A stretch of 64,000 nucleotides of DNA, taken from assembly GCA_040377305.1 (NCBI GenBank), contig JBEIPA010000017.1, positions 32,001 through 96,000 on the forward strand. Reading direction: 5' to 3'. The position numbers were made by a program, and so were the translations under genes. Of the stretch, positions 1 to 10,312 are shown piece by piece. The notes beneath the pieces were generated by a model. That model made no database searches. It was not told the origin of the DNA and was given only the letters and a program-made list of their open reading frames with translations. The stretch is from Flavobacteriales bacterium. Lineage in GTDB: Bacteria; Bacteroidota; Bacteroidia; Palsa-965. The stretch's first letter is position 1. Each line of letters opens with the position of its first letter.

Positions 1-94
1 GGTTAGTGGATTTATTGTCACCCCTGCGATTTTGTAGTCAGCGACCCCAGTTTTAACCACTGGATATTCCAAAATCAAAAGGAAAAATCAGTAA

Positions 95-3000
95 ATGAAG
101 AACAAGTCCGCACTCCCGAAGAAAAAAAAGTCTACTCCTGCAGAGAAAAAACTGACGCAGCCTATTGAAAGGATAGTTGCAATTGGCGCCTCCGCTGGCG
201 GTCTCGAAGCCGTTTCGACTTTATTAAAATACTTACCGCCAGACACGGGACTCTCTTTCATTTATATACAGCATTTAAGTCCGGATCATCCGAGCAACCT
301 GGTGACCTTGCTTTCCCGGTCTACCAAGATGATGGTTCAGGAAGCAAAAGACAATCTCCGCGTAGAGCGCAATCACGTATACGTGTGCACCCCTAATCAT
401 GAAATGACCTTAGCCAGAGGGATTATTAAATTAAAGCCAAGGGCCAGAGGAGTGCTTCCCTATTTGCCGATCGATGATTTTTTTAAATCGTTGGTGAAAA
501 CGTATAAAAAAGATACGCTAGGGATAGTTCTATCGGGCAACGCGACGGATGGTACGGAAGGTTTGCTCGCGATCAAAAATGCAGGAGGCATTACATTCGC
601 ACAGGATATTTCTGCGAAGTACGACAGCATGCCCAAGTCTGCGATTGATAGCAACGCTGCAACCTTCGTTATGTCGCCCAAGCAGATTGCGAGACAAATT
701 GTGACATTAAGCAAGAACGGATTCAAGAATCCAACGGTTAATTCCGACACTGAAATAAGCATACCAGACGATAGCGTCGATCTGAAGAAGCTGTTTTCAT
801 TGATGTATAAATCGACAGGAGTAGATTTCAGTTATTATAAACTGGCTGCTCTGAAACGTCGACTGAATTACCGGATGTTGCATTCCGGTGTCGATTCACT
901 GCATACATATACTCAGTTGTTAAGTGAAAAAAACGACGAGACAAGTTTATTGTTCAAAGACCTTCTGATTAATGTAACCAGCTTTTTCAGGGACCCGAAA
1001 GCATTTCGTTATCTCAAGAGTACATTCTTCCCTAAACTGCTGAAAAGCAAAGGTCAGGGTGAGCCTTTACGAATTTGGGTCGCGGCTTGTTCAACCGGTG
1101 AGGAAGTATATTCCATTGCCATGATCCTTGAGGAGCTACGCACTACGCTCAAGGGTAAAATTGCAGTCAAGATTTTTGCTTCCGATCTGAGTGAACAGGC
1201 GATTCACGTTGCCCGTATTGGTGAATACTCGAAGCAGAATCTTAAACAGGTTTCAAAAACCAGACTGAAAAGGTTTTTTACTCCATCCGGCGAGGGCTAT
1301 CGCGTGAATAAAGACCTCCGGGAAATGTGCGTATTCGCACCACATAATATTCTCAGTGATCCACCCTTTTCCCGGATCGATTTTGTAAGCTGTTGCAATC
1401 TGTTAATCTATTTTGATGCCGTTGCTCAGAAAAAAGCGCTTGCAACAATGAGCTTTGCACTCAATGATGGCGGATACCTGATGCTGGGCAAGTCGGAGTC
1501 AATCGGTAGTTCATCTCTTCTGTTTACTCAAGTCGATAGCAGTGCAAAGATCTATTCGCGCAAACATACTGTGGGTGTGCGCAAAATTCCGTTACTGATG
1601 AATCGGTTGCCCGGAACTTTATTGCCTAAGGAAGGCGTAAAGTCTTTACGACGGAAACCCACGCGTGATGAAGCCAACGATCTTGATCGTGTTATTGACA
1701 AACTTCTTTTGGATAAACACATGCCTGCATGTGCTATCATCAATAAGGATCTGGATATACTGAAGTTCAGAGGTTCGACATCTCTCTTTCTTACACATGG
1801 GTCGGGAAATGCGAGCCTGAATATTCTGAAGATGACCCGGCCCGAATTTGCTTTTGAACTCAGAAATGCAATTCATAAGGCGTTCAACACACAGCAGGCC
1901 ATTACTAAAACTGAGATTGAAATAAAAATTGGTTCTACGCTGAGGATTGTGTCACTTGAAGTTTCAGCACTTAAGACCGCCTGGGAAGAACCTTTGCTGG
2001 CTGTTGTTTTTAAGCTGCACGACAAAAAAGAACTGCGTTTGAACGCTTCATCGGGTAAGCAAGATAATTCGGATCAAAAAGTTCAGAAAATTAAAAAGCT
2101 GGCGCAGGAGTTGGTGACGACCCGTGCCGAAATGAATTCGGTTATTGAAATACAGGAGAGAGCTTTTGAAGAACTGCAGGCAGCGAATGAAGAAATTGTT
2201 TCCACTAATGAAGAGTTTCAAACGCTGAATGAAGAACTCGAAACATCCAAAGAGGAAATTGAAGCAACGAATGAAGAGTTGATTTCAACCAATCATGAGT
2301 TGCAAATGCGCAATGATCTTCTGACAGAATCGTATAAGTATTCGGAAGCCATTATCGCAACAATTCACGAGCCGTTGATCATTCTCGACAGTAATTTTCG
2401 CGTGCGTTCTGCCAGCAAAGCGTATTACACGAAATTCCTGACAACGAAAGAGGAAACTGAAGGCCAGCTTTTGTTTGAAATAGGCAACAAGCAATGGGAC
2501 CGTGTGCAACTACGCCGTTTGCTTGCAAGTACAGTTTCTAAAAATGCTGAATTCAGTAGTCTGGAAATAAGGCGCCACTTTAATGGAATTGGCGAAAAAA
2601 TACTTTTACTGAACGCACATCGGATCGTGCAGAAAACGCATGGAGAACAACTCATCCTTCTCGCAATAGAAGACATCACTGAACGAACGCATCTGCATCT
2701 CAAGGAAAAGGAAACCATGCAGAATGACATTAATCTTCACAAAGAAGACAACGTTGAACTCGAAAAAGCAGTTAAACGACGAACGAGGCAGCTGGAACTA
2801 AAAAATATTGAGTTGATTGAGGCTAACAAGGATTTGACTTCATTCACCTTCATATCGAGCCACGACTTGCAGGAACCACTTCGCAAAATCAAAAATTTTG
2901 TATCTGTCCTTATTGAAGAAGAAAAGAAAAAATTATCTCCGGACGGACGAGACTATTTACAGCGGACGTACGAAACGGCCAATCGGATGCAAACGCTACT

Positions 3001-3580
3001 TGAAGATCTATTGTTGTATTCACGCACCAAAAATCAACAGCGCCGGTTCGAAAGCACCGATCTGAATCAAGTCTTACGGGAAGTTGAACTCGAACACAAA
3101 GAGGAATTATCTGCCAAAAAAGCCGTGATTAAATCGAGTAAACTTCATCCGCTAAATGTCATCCGATTCCAGTTCCGGCAACTGTTCCATAATCTGATCA
3201 GCAATTCACTGAAATTTGCCAAGCCTAATATTCCGGCGCGAATATCAATCAAAAGTTCAATTGTTTCCGGAAGCAAACTCAATCTGCAAAAACGTTCCGT
3301 TGGCACTAATAAACTATTTCCTAAAATAGATTACTGCCACATCGCCTATACGGATAATGGAATTGGTTTCGATCCATACTATAACGAACGCATCTTCAAT
3401 GTATTTCAACGTCTGCACAGTCAGGATGAGTATCAGGGGACGGGAATGGGATTGGCTATTTGCCAGCGAATTGTAGAAATTCATAAAGGTGTGATTACTG
3501 CACAAGGCAAAATCAACCACGGCGTGAAGTTTGACATTTACATACCGTTTGTAAAACCTGAAGGTTTTGGTTCAACTTAA
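95..3580 (+). CDS. CheB methylesterase-CheR methyltransferase-coiled coil-PAS-histidine kinase fusion
   Basis: CheB motifs GASAGG, IQHL and ATDG; CheR motifs LLINVTSFFRD, WVAACSTGEE and CCNLLIYF; coiled coil EELQAANEE...NEELETSKEE; HisKA SHDLQEPLRKI; HATPase NLISNSLKF, DNGIG and GTGMGL. Confidence 0.92.
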   Translation: MKNKSALPKKKKSTPAEKKLTQPIERIVAIGASAGGLEAVSTLLKYLPPDTGLSFIYIQHLSPDHPSNLVTLLSRSTKMMVQEAKDNLRVERNHVYVCTPNHEMTLARGIIKLKPRARGVLPYLPIDDFFKSLVKTYKKDTLGIVLSGNATDGTEGLLAIKNAGGITFAQDISAKYDSMPKSAIDSNAATFVMSPKQIARQIVTLSKNGFKNPTVNSDTEISIPDDSVDLKKLFSLMYKSTGVDFSYYKLAALKRRLNYRMLHSGVDSLHTYTQLLSEKNDETSLLFKDLLINVTSFFRDPKAFRYLKSTFFPKLLKSKGQGEPLRIWVAACSTGEEVYSIAMILEELRTTLKGKIAVKIFASDLSEQAIHVARIGEYSKQNLKQVSKTRLKRFFTPSGEGYRVNKDLREMCVFAPHNILSDPPFSRIDFVSCCNLLIYFDAVAQKKALATMSFALNDGGYLMLGKSESIGSSSLLFTQVDSSAKIYSRKHTVGVRKIPLLMNRLPGTLLPKEGVKSLRRKPTRDEANDLDRVIDKLLLDKHMPACAIINKDLDILKFRGSTSLFLTHGSGNASLNILKMTRPEFAFELRNAIHKAFNTQQAITKTEIEIKIGSTLRIVSLEVSALKTAWEEPLLAVVFKLHDKKELRLNASSGKQDNSDQKVQKIKKLAQELVTTRAEMNSVIEIQERAFEELQAANEEIVSTNEEFQTLNEELETSKEEIEATNEELISTNHELQMRNDLLTESYKYSEAIIATIHEPLIILDSNFRVRSASKAYYTKFLTTKEETEGQLLFEIGNKQWDRVQLRRLLASTVSKNAEFSSLEIRRHFNGIGEKILLLNAHRIVQKTHGEQLILLAIEDITERTHLHLKEKETMQNDINLHKEDNVELEKAVKRRTRQLELKNIELIEANKDLTSFTFISSHDLQEPLRKIKNFVSVLIEEEKKKLSPDGRDYLQRTYETANRMQTLLEDLLLYSRTKNQQRRFESTDLNQVLREVELEHKEELSAKKAVIKSSKLHPLNVIRFQFRQLFHNLISNSLKFAKPNIPARISIKSSIVSGSKLNLQKRSVGTNKLFPKIDYCHIAYTDNGIGFDPYYNERIFNVFQRLHSQDEYQGTGMGLAICQRIVEIHKGVITAQGKINHGVKFDIYIPFVKPEGFGST

Positions 3581-3635
3581 GCAAGGCCGGTGCGCGTTGC
3601 ATCGTTGAACTGAGAACATTTTGTATCTTTTCACC

Positions 3636-4373
3636 ATGCGTTTTCTTCCTCTACTCCTATTACTGATCCTGCCGGGAATTCTTTCTGGCCAGAACAAAAA
3701 GCAAAAAAAGCTTTATACGTCTTATATAACCAGTGGCGATTCAGCATTCAACGCGAAGAATTATGCCTTTGCTAAGGATAAATACAAACTGGCGTCGGCA
3801 ATCAAACCCAAAGAAGGATATCCAACCGACCGAATTGGAATGTGCGATAAGTTGGCCATCACACAGGGTGTTGAATACAAAAAATGGATTCTGAAAGGCG
3901 ACTCTGCGTTCATGAAGCAGAATTGGAATGACGCAAAAACGTATTACCTCAAGGCAGTCGAGGCAAAACCATTTGAACAGTACGCTAACGACCAGGCGAA
4001 AAATTGCAACTACCAGATTGTAGCGAAGCAGGCCATGGAAGATTTGTACAAGGATCAGATCAGAAAGGCCGATTCCTGTTTCACTGCGAAAAGCTGGTCG
4101 TGTGCGAAAGCGAATTACGAAGCTGCCGCCCGTACAAAACCTGAACTTCAGTATGCGAAAACGCGTGCCTCCGAGTGCGATAAGAAAATTGCGCCTGCGG
4201 TCGATAAAGAACGTTACGACATTACGATTTCAGATGCCGACCGTCAATATGATGCTGGAAATTTCGCACGCGCAAAAGAACTTTACACAGAAGCGTTGGC
4301 TTTTAATCCAGGCGCGAAGTATGCTACAGATCGAATTGCACTTTGTGATCAGAAGTTGAACGCTCCTAAATAG
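3636..4373 (+). CDS. exported tetratricopeptide-repeat protein
   Basis: Signal peptide MRFLPLLLLLILPGILSG; four TPR-like units (GDSAF...AK..Y..A....P...Y); ATG 3636 chosen because TATCTTTT ends 4 nt upstream. Confidence 0.75.
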   Translation: MRFLPLLLLLILPGILSGQNKKQKKLYTSYITSGDSAFNAKNYAFAKDKYKLASAIKPKEGYPTDRIGMCDKLAITQGVEYKKWILKGDSAFMKQNWNDAKTYYLKAVEAKPFEQYANDQAKNCNYQIVAKQAMEDLYKDQIRKADSCFTAKSWSCAKANYEAAARTKPELQYAKTRASECDKKIAPAVDKERYDITISDADRQYDAGNFARAKELYTEALAFNPGAKYATDRIALCDQKLNAPK

Positions 4374-4392
4374 ATAGGAGTTGGCAGATGGG

Positions 4393-4483
4393 AGTCGGGT
4401 GCTTCAAACTTTTCCAATGTTGGACGATGGTGTGGAGTTGAATCCTCGGCAAACTTTGGAAAAGTTAGACCAGAATCCCGACT
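4393..4483. repeat. REP-like inverted doublet between convergent genes
   Basis: AACTTTTCCAATGTT (4407-4421) and AACTTTGGAAAAGTT (4452-4466) form an inverted pair with 1 mismatch; flanked by AGTCGGG / CCCGACT. Confidence 0.65.
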
Positions 4484-6950
4484 AGTTGGGATCTACGTCA
4501 ATCACAACGCGCAGTTTCTTAAAGTCGACGTGCACTTTGAATTCGGCAATGTAACGCGCGATAACTTCTTTCATCTTTCCTGAATTGCCTTCGCGCTCCA
4601 GTTTTATCAGAATATTCTTGTGATACTCATCCCGGATTCTTGCAACCGAAGGATATTCCGGACCCAGAATTCGTGCTCCCATGCTCAGTCGTAACTGTTG
4701 TGCGAGGTGATGTGCGCCCATGTCAACAATCGTCGCGTCTTTTCCGCGAATTGTAATTTTTATGAGGCGGTGAAAAGGCGGATAATGAAATTCCATTCTA
4801 TCCGCAAGTTCTGCGTAATAGACCGCGTGATAATCGTTCCTCACCACACACTCAATCACAAAATGCATTGGATTGAACGTCTGTACAACTACTTCGCCTT
4901 GTTTCTCCCTTCTTCCTGCGCGACCTGCAACCTGCGCCATCAGCTGGTACGCGCGTTCATGTGCCCGGAAGTCGGGATAATTCAGAACCTGGTCGGCACT
5001 GAGAATTCCTACGAGTGCTACATTTCCGAAATCCAAACCTTTGGTCACCATTTGTGTTCCGACAAGAATGTTGGTCTTTCCGGTTTCGAAATCGTTGATG
5101 ATCGTTTGCAAGCTGAACTTTCCTCGCGTCGTATCCAAATCCATACGCGCCACTTTCGCTTCCGGAAAAATAATTCCGATTTCCTCTTCAATCTTTTCCG
5201 TCCCGAAACCTTTCAGCTTGAGATCGGTCATGCCGCACGCTTCGCATTGTGAAGGAGTATCTGTACCGTAACCACAAATGTGACATTTCAACTGATTGGA
5301 ATGTTTGTGGTACGTTAATGAAACATCACAACGAACACAATGCGGAACGTGACCACACGACTGGCATTCTATACTCGGAGCAAATCCGCGACGGTTCTGA
5401 AAAAGAATAATTTGTTCGCCTTTCTCCAGCACAGCATTAATTTTTTCAACAAGCAGTGGTGAAAAATGCGACTTCATCAATTTCTTCTTGGTCGCTTCCT
5501 TCACATCGGTAATTGTGATTTCCGGAAGTACAGCACCACCGAATCGTTCATGGATTTCTGCAAGTCCATACAAATTGTGCTTCGCCAGAAAATAACTTTC
5601 CACGGAAGGTGTTGCAGAACCCAAAAGCGTTTTCGCACCGTACAGCTTCGCCAGCCAGATTGCACTTTCACGTGCATTGTAACGTGGAGCCGGATCCATC
5701 TGCTTGAATGAAGGATCGTGTTCTTCATCAATAATTACCAATCCGAGATTCTGATACGGAAGAAAAATTGCAGAACGTGCACCAATCACAATACATGGCT
5801 CCGCCTTGTGAACTTCACGCCACACTTCTACTCTTTCCTCTTCGTTGAAACGCGAGTGATAAACCAAAACAGATTCTCCGAAGTGCTTTCGCAAACGGAC
5901 AATCAACTGTGTAGTCAACGCAATTTCCGGAAGTAAATACAGAACCTGTTTGTTGTTCTGTATCTGCTCACGAATCAGCTTCGTGTAAATTTCGGTTTTG
6001 CCGCTCGATGTTACACCGTGAAGCAACACCACATTTTTATCTTCAAAATGCTTTCGAATAGTATTGTAAGCATTCAATTGGTGTTCGCTCAATTCTGCGT
6101 CCGTTTGCTTCGAAGCTTTCCGGTCAAGCCGTGAGACTTCCACTTCCTCCTGCACCAATGCGCCACGCTTGATTAGTCCGCTGATTCCGGATGTTTCATC
6201 CTTGCAAGCTTTGATCAGCGCTGCACGACTCACAGGAGTCTCCTTGCCCGTGTAACGTCCGTTGATATGCAGAAATGTCAGTAACACTTCGACTTGCTTA
6301 AACGCTCGTTTCTCCAGCACTGCGAAAAGTTCTTTGAGCTTCTCTTCGTTCTGGTACTCATCGCCAAGCCGAACGAATGTTTCAAATTTCGGACGATACC
6401 GTTGCTTGATTTCTTCAAAGATTGCAAGCACGTCAGCATCAATCAATTTTCTGATTAACGGCATGATGGTTTTGCGCCCAAGTACTTCCGAAATTTCATC
6501 GAGATTCAAAACGTTACGCACTTCAACGGCTTCCACCAGTGCATGGGTTTCCTCATCGAAATGATCGCGCATTCCATCCCAGGTAGGACTCAGAATTATT
6601 TTTGTCTCGCTGGACAAACGCAATCCAACAGGGACTGCAGCCGACATCACTTCGCCACGCGTACACATGTAGTACTGCGACATCCACTCCCAGAACTTCA
6701 GCTGTGTTTCGGTCACTTCCGCATGATCATCCAAAACGCCTTCAATAAACTTTGCAGCGTATTTCGGAACTTCTGTATGCAAACGGGAAACAATTGCGGA
6801 GTAAAGCTTGTTCCTTCCGAACTGAACAATGACACGAAAACCAACGTCGACACTACCATTGAATTCTTGCGGAACGCGGTACGTGTATAGATTCGGAAGC
6901 GCGAGTGGAAGGATTACATCCACAAAATAATCTACGCGCTGATCAGCCAT
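4482..6950 (-). CDS. priA: primosomal protein N' (replication restart helicase)
   Basis: Walker A GVTSSGKT, LLPEIALT, DEEH, GSATP, NRRGF, four CxxC zinc motifs, GTQMVTKGLDF, QVAGRAGR. Confidence 0.97.
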   Translation of the reverse strand: MADQRVDYFVDVILPLALPNLYTYRVPQEFNGSVDVGFRVIVQFGRNKLYSAIVSRLHTEVPKYAAKFIEGVLDDHAEVTETQLKFWEWMSQYYMCTRGEVMSAAVPVGLRLSSETKIILSPTWDGMRDHFDEETHALVEAVEVRNVLNLDEISEVLGRKTIMPLIRKLIDADVLAIFEEIKQRYRPKFETFVRLGDEYQNEEKLKELFAVLEKRAFKQVEVLLTFLHINGRYTGKETPVSRAALIKACKDETSGISGLIKRGALVQEEVEVSRLDRKASKQTDAELSEHQLNAYNTIRKHFEDKNVVLLHGVTSSGKTEIYTKLIREQIQNNKQVLYLLPEIALTTQLIVRLRKHFGESVLVYHSRFNEEERVEVWREVHKAEPCIVIGARSAIFLPYQNLGLVIIDEEHDPSFKQMDPAPRYNARESAIWLAKLYGAKTLLGSATPSVESYFLAKHNLYGLAEIHERFGGAVLPEITITDVKEATKKKLMKSHFSPLLVEKINAVLEKGEQIILFQNRRGFAPSIECQSCGHVPHCVRCDVSLTYHKHSNQLKCHICGYGTDTPSQCEACGMTDLKLKGFGTEKIEEEIGIIFPEAKVARMDLDTTRGKFSLQTIINDFETGKTNILVGTQMVTKGLDFGNVALVGILSADQVLNYPDFRAHERAYQLMAQVAGRAGRREKQGEVVVQTFNPMHFVIECVVRNDYHAVYYAELADRMEFHYPPFHRLIKITIRGKDATIVDMGAHHLAQQLRLSMGARILGPEYPSVARIRDEYHKNILIKLEREGNSGKMKEVIARYIAEFKVHVDFKKLRVVIDVDPN

Positions 6951-6955
6951 GGCAA

Positions 6956-8512
6956 TTAGTGTGTGATGTTAACAGAAACCACCGAAGTTGTTTTTCCTCT
7001 CAACGTGATCGTGTAATTACCGGCTGCGAATTTTTTCACAGGAACGACCACTGTGCCGATTCCGTTCTGTGTCGTTGTGTACACAAGCTGTCCGAGTGAA
7101 TTCCGCATCTCAATAATTGTTGAACCTTGCTCCTGCACATTCACAACGAGTTCATCACTTGCCGGATTCGGATAAACTCTTGCAGTCAACGAAGTATTCG
7201 ATGCAACGTTCAACAAGTTGAAATCGGGAGTGAGGTACACACGGAAAATTGTATCGTTTGCCACTGATGGCTGATCGTTTGGTCCGGTTGCCTGAATTCC
7301 TCCGTACAAATAACCTACGAGAATTCTTGATTGCACATCACGCAGGCGAACTACGTCGTTGTCGTACATCGGAACGGTATCCAGCGTAACAAATTTCATA
7401 TTACTTCCGAGCCAGGATGGAAATTGCAACTGCAACGGAACCTGAGCCCATTGTCCATTGTCAGCGTGAACCATTACAGAAACGTCGTGCACAAACGGAA
7501 CAAGTGAATCGTAGGTCAGATTTCCATTGGCGGGATTGTAATCGTACTGGCTGCAACCTCCGAACAATACGGTGTACATCGTGCCATGAACAGAATCAAA
7601 AATCGGAAGCAACGGACACGTGTAATTGTTCAGTTCCTGATCGAAAGTTGTATCAACCGTGTATGTTCCATTCGGGTTGTATTGAATAGGAGACAAGTAA
7701 GGTAAGTCTGCATCTTTTCTGAATACACCGCTGTATGCTGCCCACGATTCGTTGCCCTGCAAATCCATTGTTGGTCCTACGTTCAGATCGCGGCGGTGAA
7801 AATTATTCGTATCGGTAATTGCTCCGTGGTATGTAATACTCAGGTTTGTTCCGTCATCATTGATTACAAATTTCTTCACCTGATCCTGGTAAGTCTGAAC
7901 GAATACGGGTCCGGGCGTTTCCTGATAACGTCCGCGGAAATAATGTCCGAAAATGAGATAAGATGTATCAGCGATCGTAATCATTTCACCACCGGTAACC
8001 TGCAAATTCGGATTTGTGATCTGCCGGATGTGTGGCGCAATAGGTAACGCGTTCTGTACAGCGTTAATCATGCTGTCAATACGAATTGCAGTCAGGGTTG
8101 GATAAGTGTCGTATCGGTTCAGTGTACTATCCCATCCAAATCCGCCGGCGATGTAGAGGTAATCTCCAATCACGGAGTACTGCATGTTTGTTGATCGAAG
8201 CGGATCCTTGATGTTCATTGGCAAACCAAGAATACTCGCGGTAGAATAATTCCACGTTGTTGTGTCAACCACAACAATGTATTCATTTGCAAACATGACA
8301 TCGAAATTGTCGTTGGTCGAAAAACCGTGCAATCCGTTTGTGCGCCCACCAACTATCAGCCACTTACTTCCATGTTGCGCGAAAGCGAAAGAATGAATGG
8401 GAGGTACCGCTGCAGCGTTCACCACTTCAATTTCAACCTGAAAAGGAACCTGTTGTGCGGAAATTACAAATGGAAACAGGAATAATGCAGCGAGGTAGAG
8501 TAATCTGTTCAT
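6956..8512 (-). CDS. T9SS type A sorting domain-containing secreted protein (beta-rich, propeller/Kelch-like)
   Basis: Signal peptide; C-terminal VYPNPASDELVV...NSLGQLV...GNYTITL type A CTD; repeated GG motifs (IVGG, IAGG, VTGG, LFGG, LYGG). Confidence 0.8.
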   Translation of the reverse strand: MNRLLYLAALFLFPFVISAQQVPFQVEIEVVNAAAVPPIHSFAFAQHGSKWLIVGGRTNGLHGFSTNDNFDVMFANEYIVVVDTTTWNYSTASILGLPMNIKDPLRSTNMQYSVIGDYLYIAGGFGWDSTLNRYDTYPTLTAIRIDSMINAVQNALPIAPHIRQITNPNLQVTGGEMITIADTSYLIFGHYFRGRYQETPGPVFVQTYQDQVKKFVINDDGTNLSITYHGAITDTNNFHRRDLNVGPTMDLQGNESWAAYSGVFRKDADLPYLSPIQYNPNGTYTVDTTFDQELNNYTCPLLPIFDSVHGTMYTVLFGGCSQYDYNPANGNLTYDSLVPFVHDVSVMVHADNGQWAQVPLQLQFPSWLGSNMKFVTLDTVPMYDNDVVRLRDVQSRILVGYLYGGIQATGPNDQPSVANDTIFRVYLTPDFNLLNVASNTSLTARVYPNPASDELVVNVQEQGSTIIEMRNSLGQLVYTTTQNGIGTVVVPVKKFAAGNYTITLRGKTTSVVSVNITH

Positions 8513-8635
8513 GAGTGACTCAAAGATAGCCGTAATTCAATTTATAGAATTGCAATTGAACAATTTACTCATGAAAAAAAGCAATTCTTACTAGCACATG
8601 ACCAAATTAACCCATTAGCACATTAACTTCGGGTC

Positions 8636-10243
8636 ATGACAACAGAACAAATTTCTGACGCTTTGGATTTGACTTCCAAACTCATGGATTTGCATGGAGA
8701 AAATCCATTTAAAGTAAAGGGAACGGCATCTGCCGCATACCGTATTAGCAAATCGGGTCTTGATCTCGACGGGAAATCGCTGGAAGAGCTTGCGCAAATT
8801 GAAGGAATCAGTAAAAGTATTGCTCAGAAAATTTATGAGCTGAATACTACGGGCACTACACAGGAACTCACGAAGTTGATGGAAGTCACTCCTTCGGGCG
8901 TAATAGAAATGCTCGGCATCAAGGGAATTGGTCCGAAGAAAGTGGGACAACTTTGGAAGCAGCTTGAAGTTGAATCTCCGGGCGAATTGATGTACGCGTG
9001 CAAAGAGAACCGACTTGTTGAGCTGAAAGGTTTCGGAGAAAAAACGCAGAATTCGATCATGGCATCGATCGAATATATGCTGTCCAATAAAGGATGGTTT
9101 CAGTATGCAACAGTGGAGAAGTACGCGCTCAGTCTGGTGGACTTTGCCATGAAGCAATTGGACACTGAACTGGTTTCATTGACTGGTCAGGTTCGCAGAA
9201 AAGCAATTGTGCTTAATAAAATTGAATTGCTGGTCGCATCAGAAGAATTCGATATTACCGGGTTCAAAAATCCGCTTGAAATTCCGGTCGATGTGATTTG
9301 CTGTGAACCATTCGAATTTTACTCTGCGTTGTTCTCCACTACCGGAAGTGATTCGCACATGAAGCAGCTGGAGGCCGCAAACATTAAAGTGAAACCAGGG
9401 GCCCGTTCTGAAGAAGCAATTTTTGAAGCTGCCAACCTTGCATACATCGAACCTGAGTTGCGTGAAGGTTCTGGTGAAATATTACTTGCGCAACAGAACC
9501 AACTTCCAAAGCTGATCGAAGTTACCGACCTGCGCGGAATCCTGCACTGTCACACCACGTGGAGCGACGGATTGAATACGTTGGAACAGATGTCTATGCG
9601 TTGCAAGGAAATGGGTTACGAATACTTCGGTGTTTGTGATCACTCCAAGACGGCTAGCTATGCCGGTGGTTTGAAAGAAGATCGTGTTCTTGCTCAACAA
9701 AAAGAAGCCGATGAACTCAATACGAAATTCGGTGCGGAATTCAAGATCTTCAAAGGAATTGAAAGCGATATTCTTGTAAGCGGCGCACTCGACTACGAAG
9801 AAGATATTCTGAAGACGTTTGATTTCGTTGTTGCATCCGTACATTCCGTTTTGCGCATGGACAAAGAGAAAGCAACCAAACGTTTGCTTACTGCCATTGA
9901 AAATCCATACACCCGAATTCTCGGACATCCATCCGGACGATTGCTTTTATCGCGTGAAGGATATCCGCTCGATTATAAGAGAATCATTGATGCGTGTGCT
10001 GCAAACAATGTAGTGATAGAATTGAATGCGCATCCCTATCGTCTCGACATCGACTGGACATGGATTCCTTATTGCATGGAAAAGAATGTGATGATCAGCA
10101 TCAATCCTGACTCACATGAGAAAGAAGCAATGGCCGATGTAAAATGGGGAACGATTGCGGCGAGAAAAGGGATGTTAACGAAAGAGCTTTGTCTGAACAC
10201 AAAGTCCCTGGCCGAATTTGAAATCTGGACACACTCGAAATAG
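8636..10243 (+). CDS. polX: PolX-family / PHP domain protein with a degenerate polymerase site
   Basis: N-terminal GENPFK, HhH motif GIGPKK and YIEPELRE; intact PHP metal ligands HCHT, CDH, GIE, SVH, GHP and PDSH. Confidence 0.88.
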   Translation: MTTEQISDALDLTSKLMDLHGENPFKVKGTASAAYRISKSGLDLDGKSLEELAQIEGISKSIAQKIYELNTTGTTQELTKLMEVTPSGVIEMLGIKGIGPKKVGQLWKQLEVESPGELMYACKENRLVELKGFGEKTQNSIMASIEYMLSNKGWFQYATVEKYALSLVDFAMKQLDTELVSLTGQVRRKAIVLNKIELLVASEEFDITGFKNPLEIPVDVICCEPFEFYSALFSTTGSDSHMKQLEAANIKVKPGARSEEAIFEAANLAYIEPELREGSGEILLAQQNQLPKLIEVTDLRGILHCHTTWSDGLNTLEQMSMRCKEMGYEYFGVCDHSKTASYAGGLKEDRVLAQQKEADELNTKFGAEFKIFKGIESDILVSGALDYEEDILKTFDFVVASVHSVLRMDKEKATKRLLTAIENPYTRILGHPSGRLLLSREGYPLDYKRIIDACAANNVVIELNAHPYRLDIDWTWIPYCMEKNVMISINPDSHEKEAMADVKWGTIAARKGMLTKELCLNTKSLAEFEIWTHSK

Positions 10244-10245
10244 TG

Positions 10246-10311
10246 CTCGGTTCCCGGTTTTCGGTTTTCAACTCTTTCTAAACCGAGAACAGAGAACAGA
10301 GAACCTGAAAC
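10246..10311. repeat. 7-nt-period inverted tandem array
   Basis: (CGGTT..)n at 10246-10269 faces AAACCGAGAACAGAGAACAGAGAACC at 10280-10311. Confidence 0.55.
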
Positions 10312-10312
10312 T

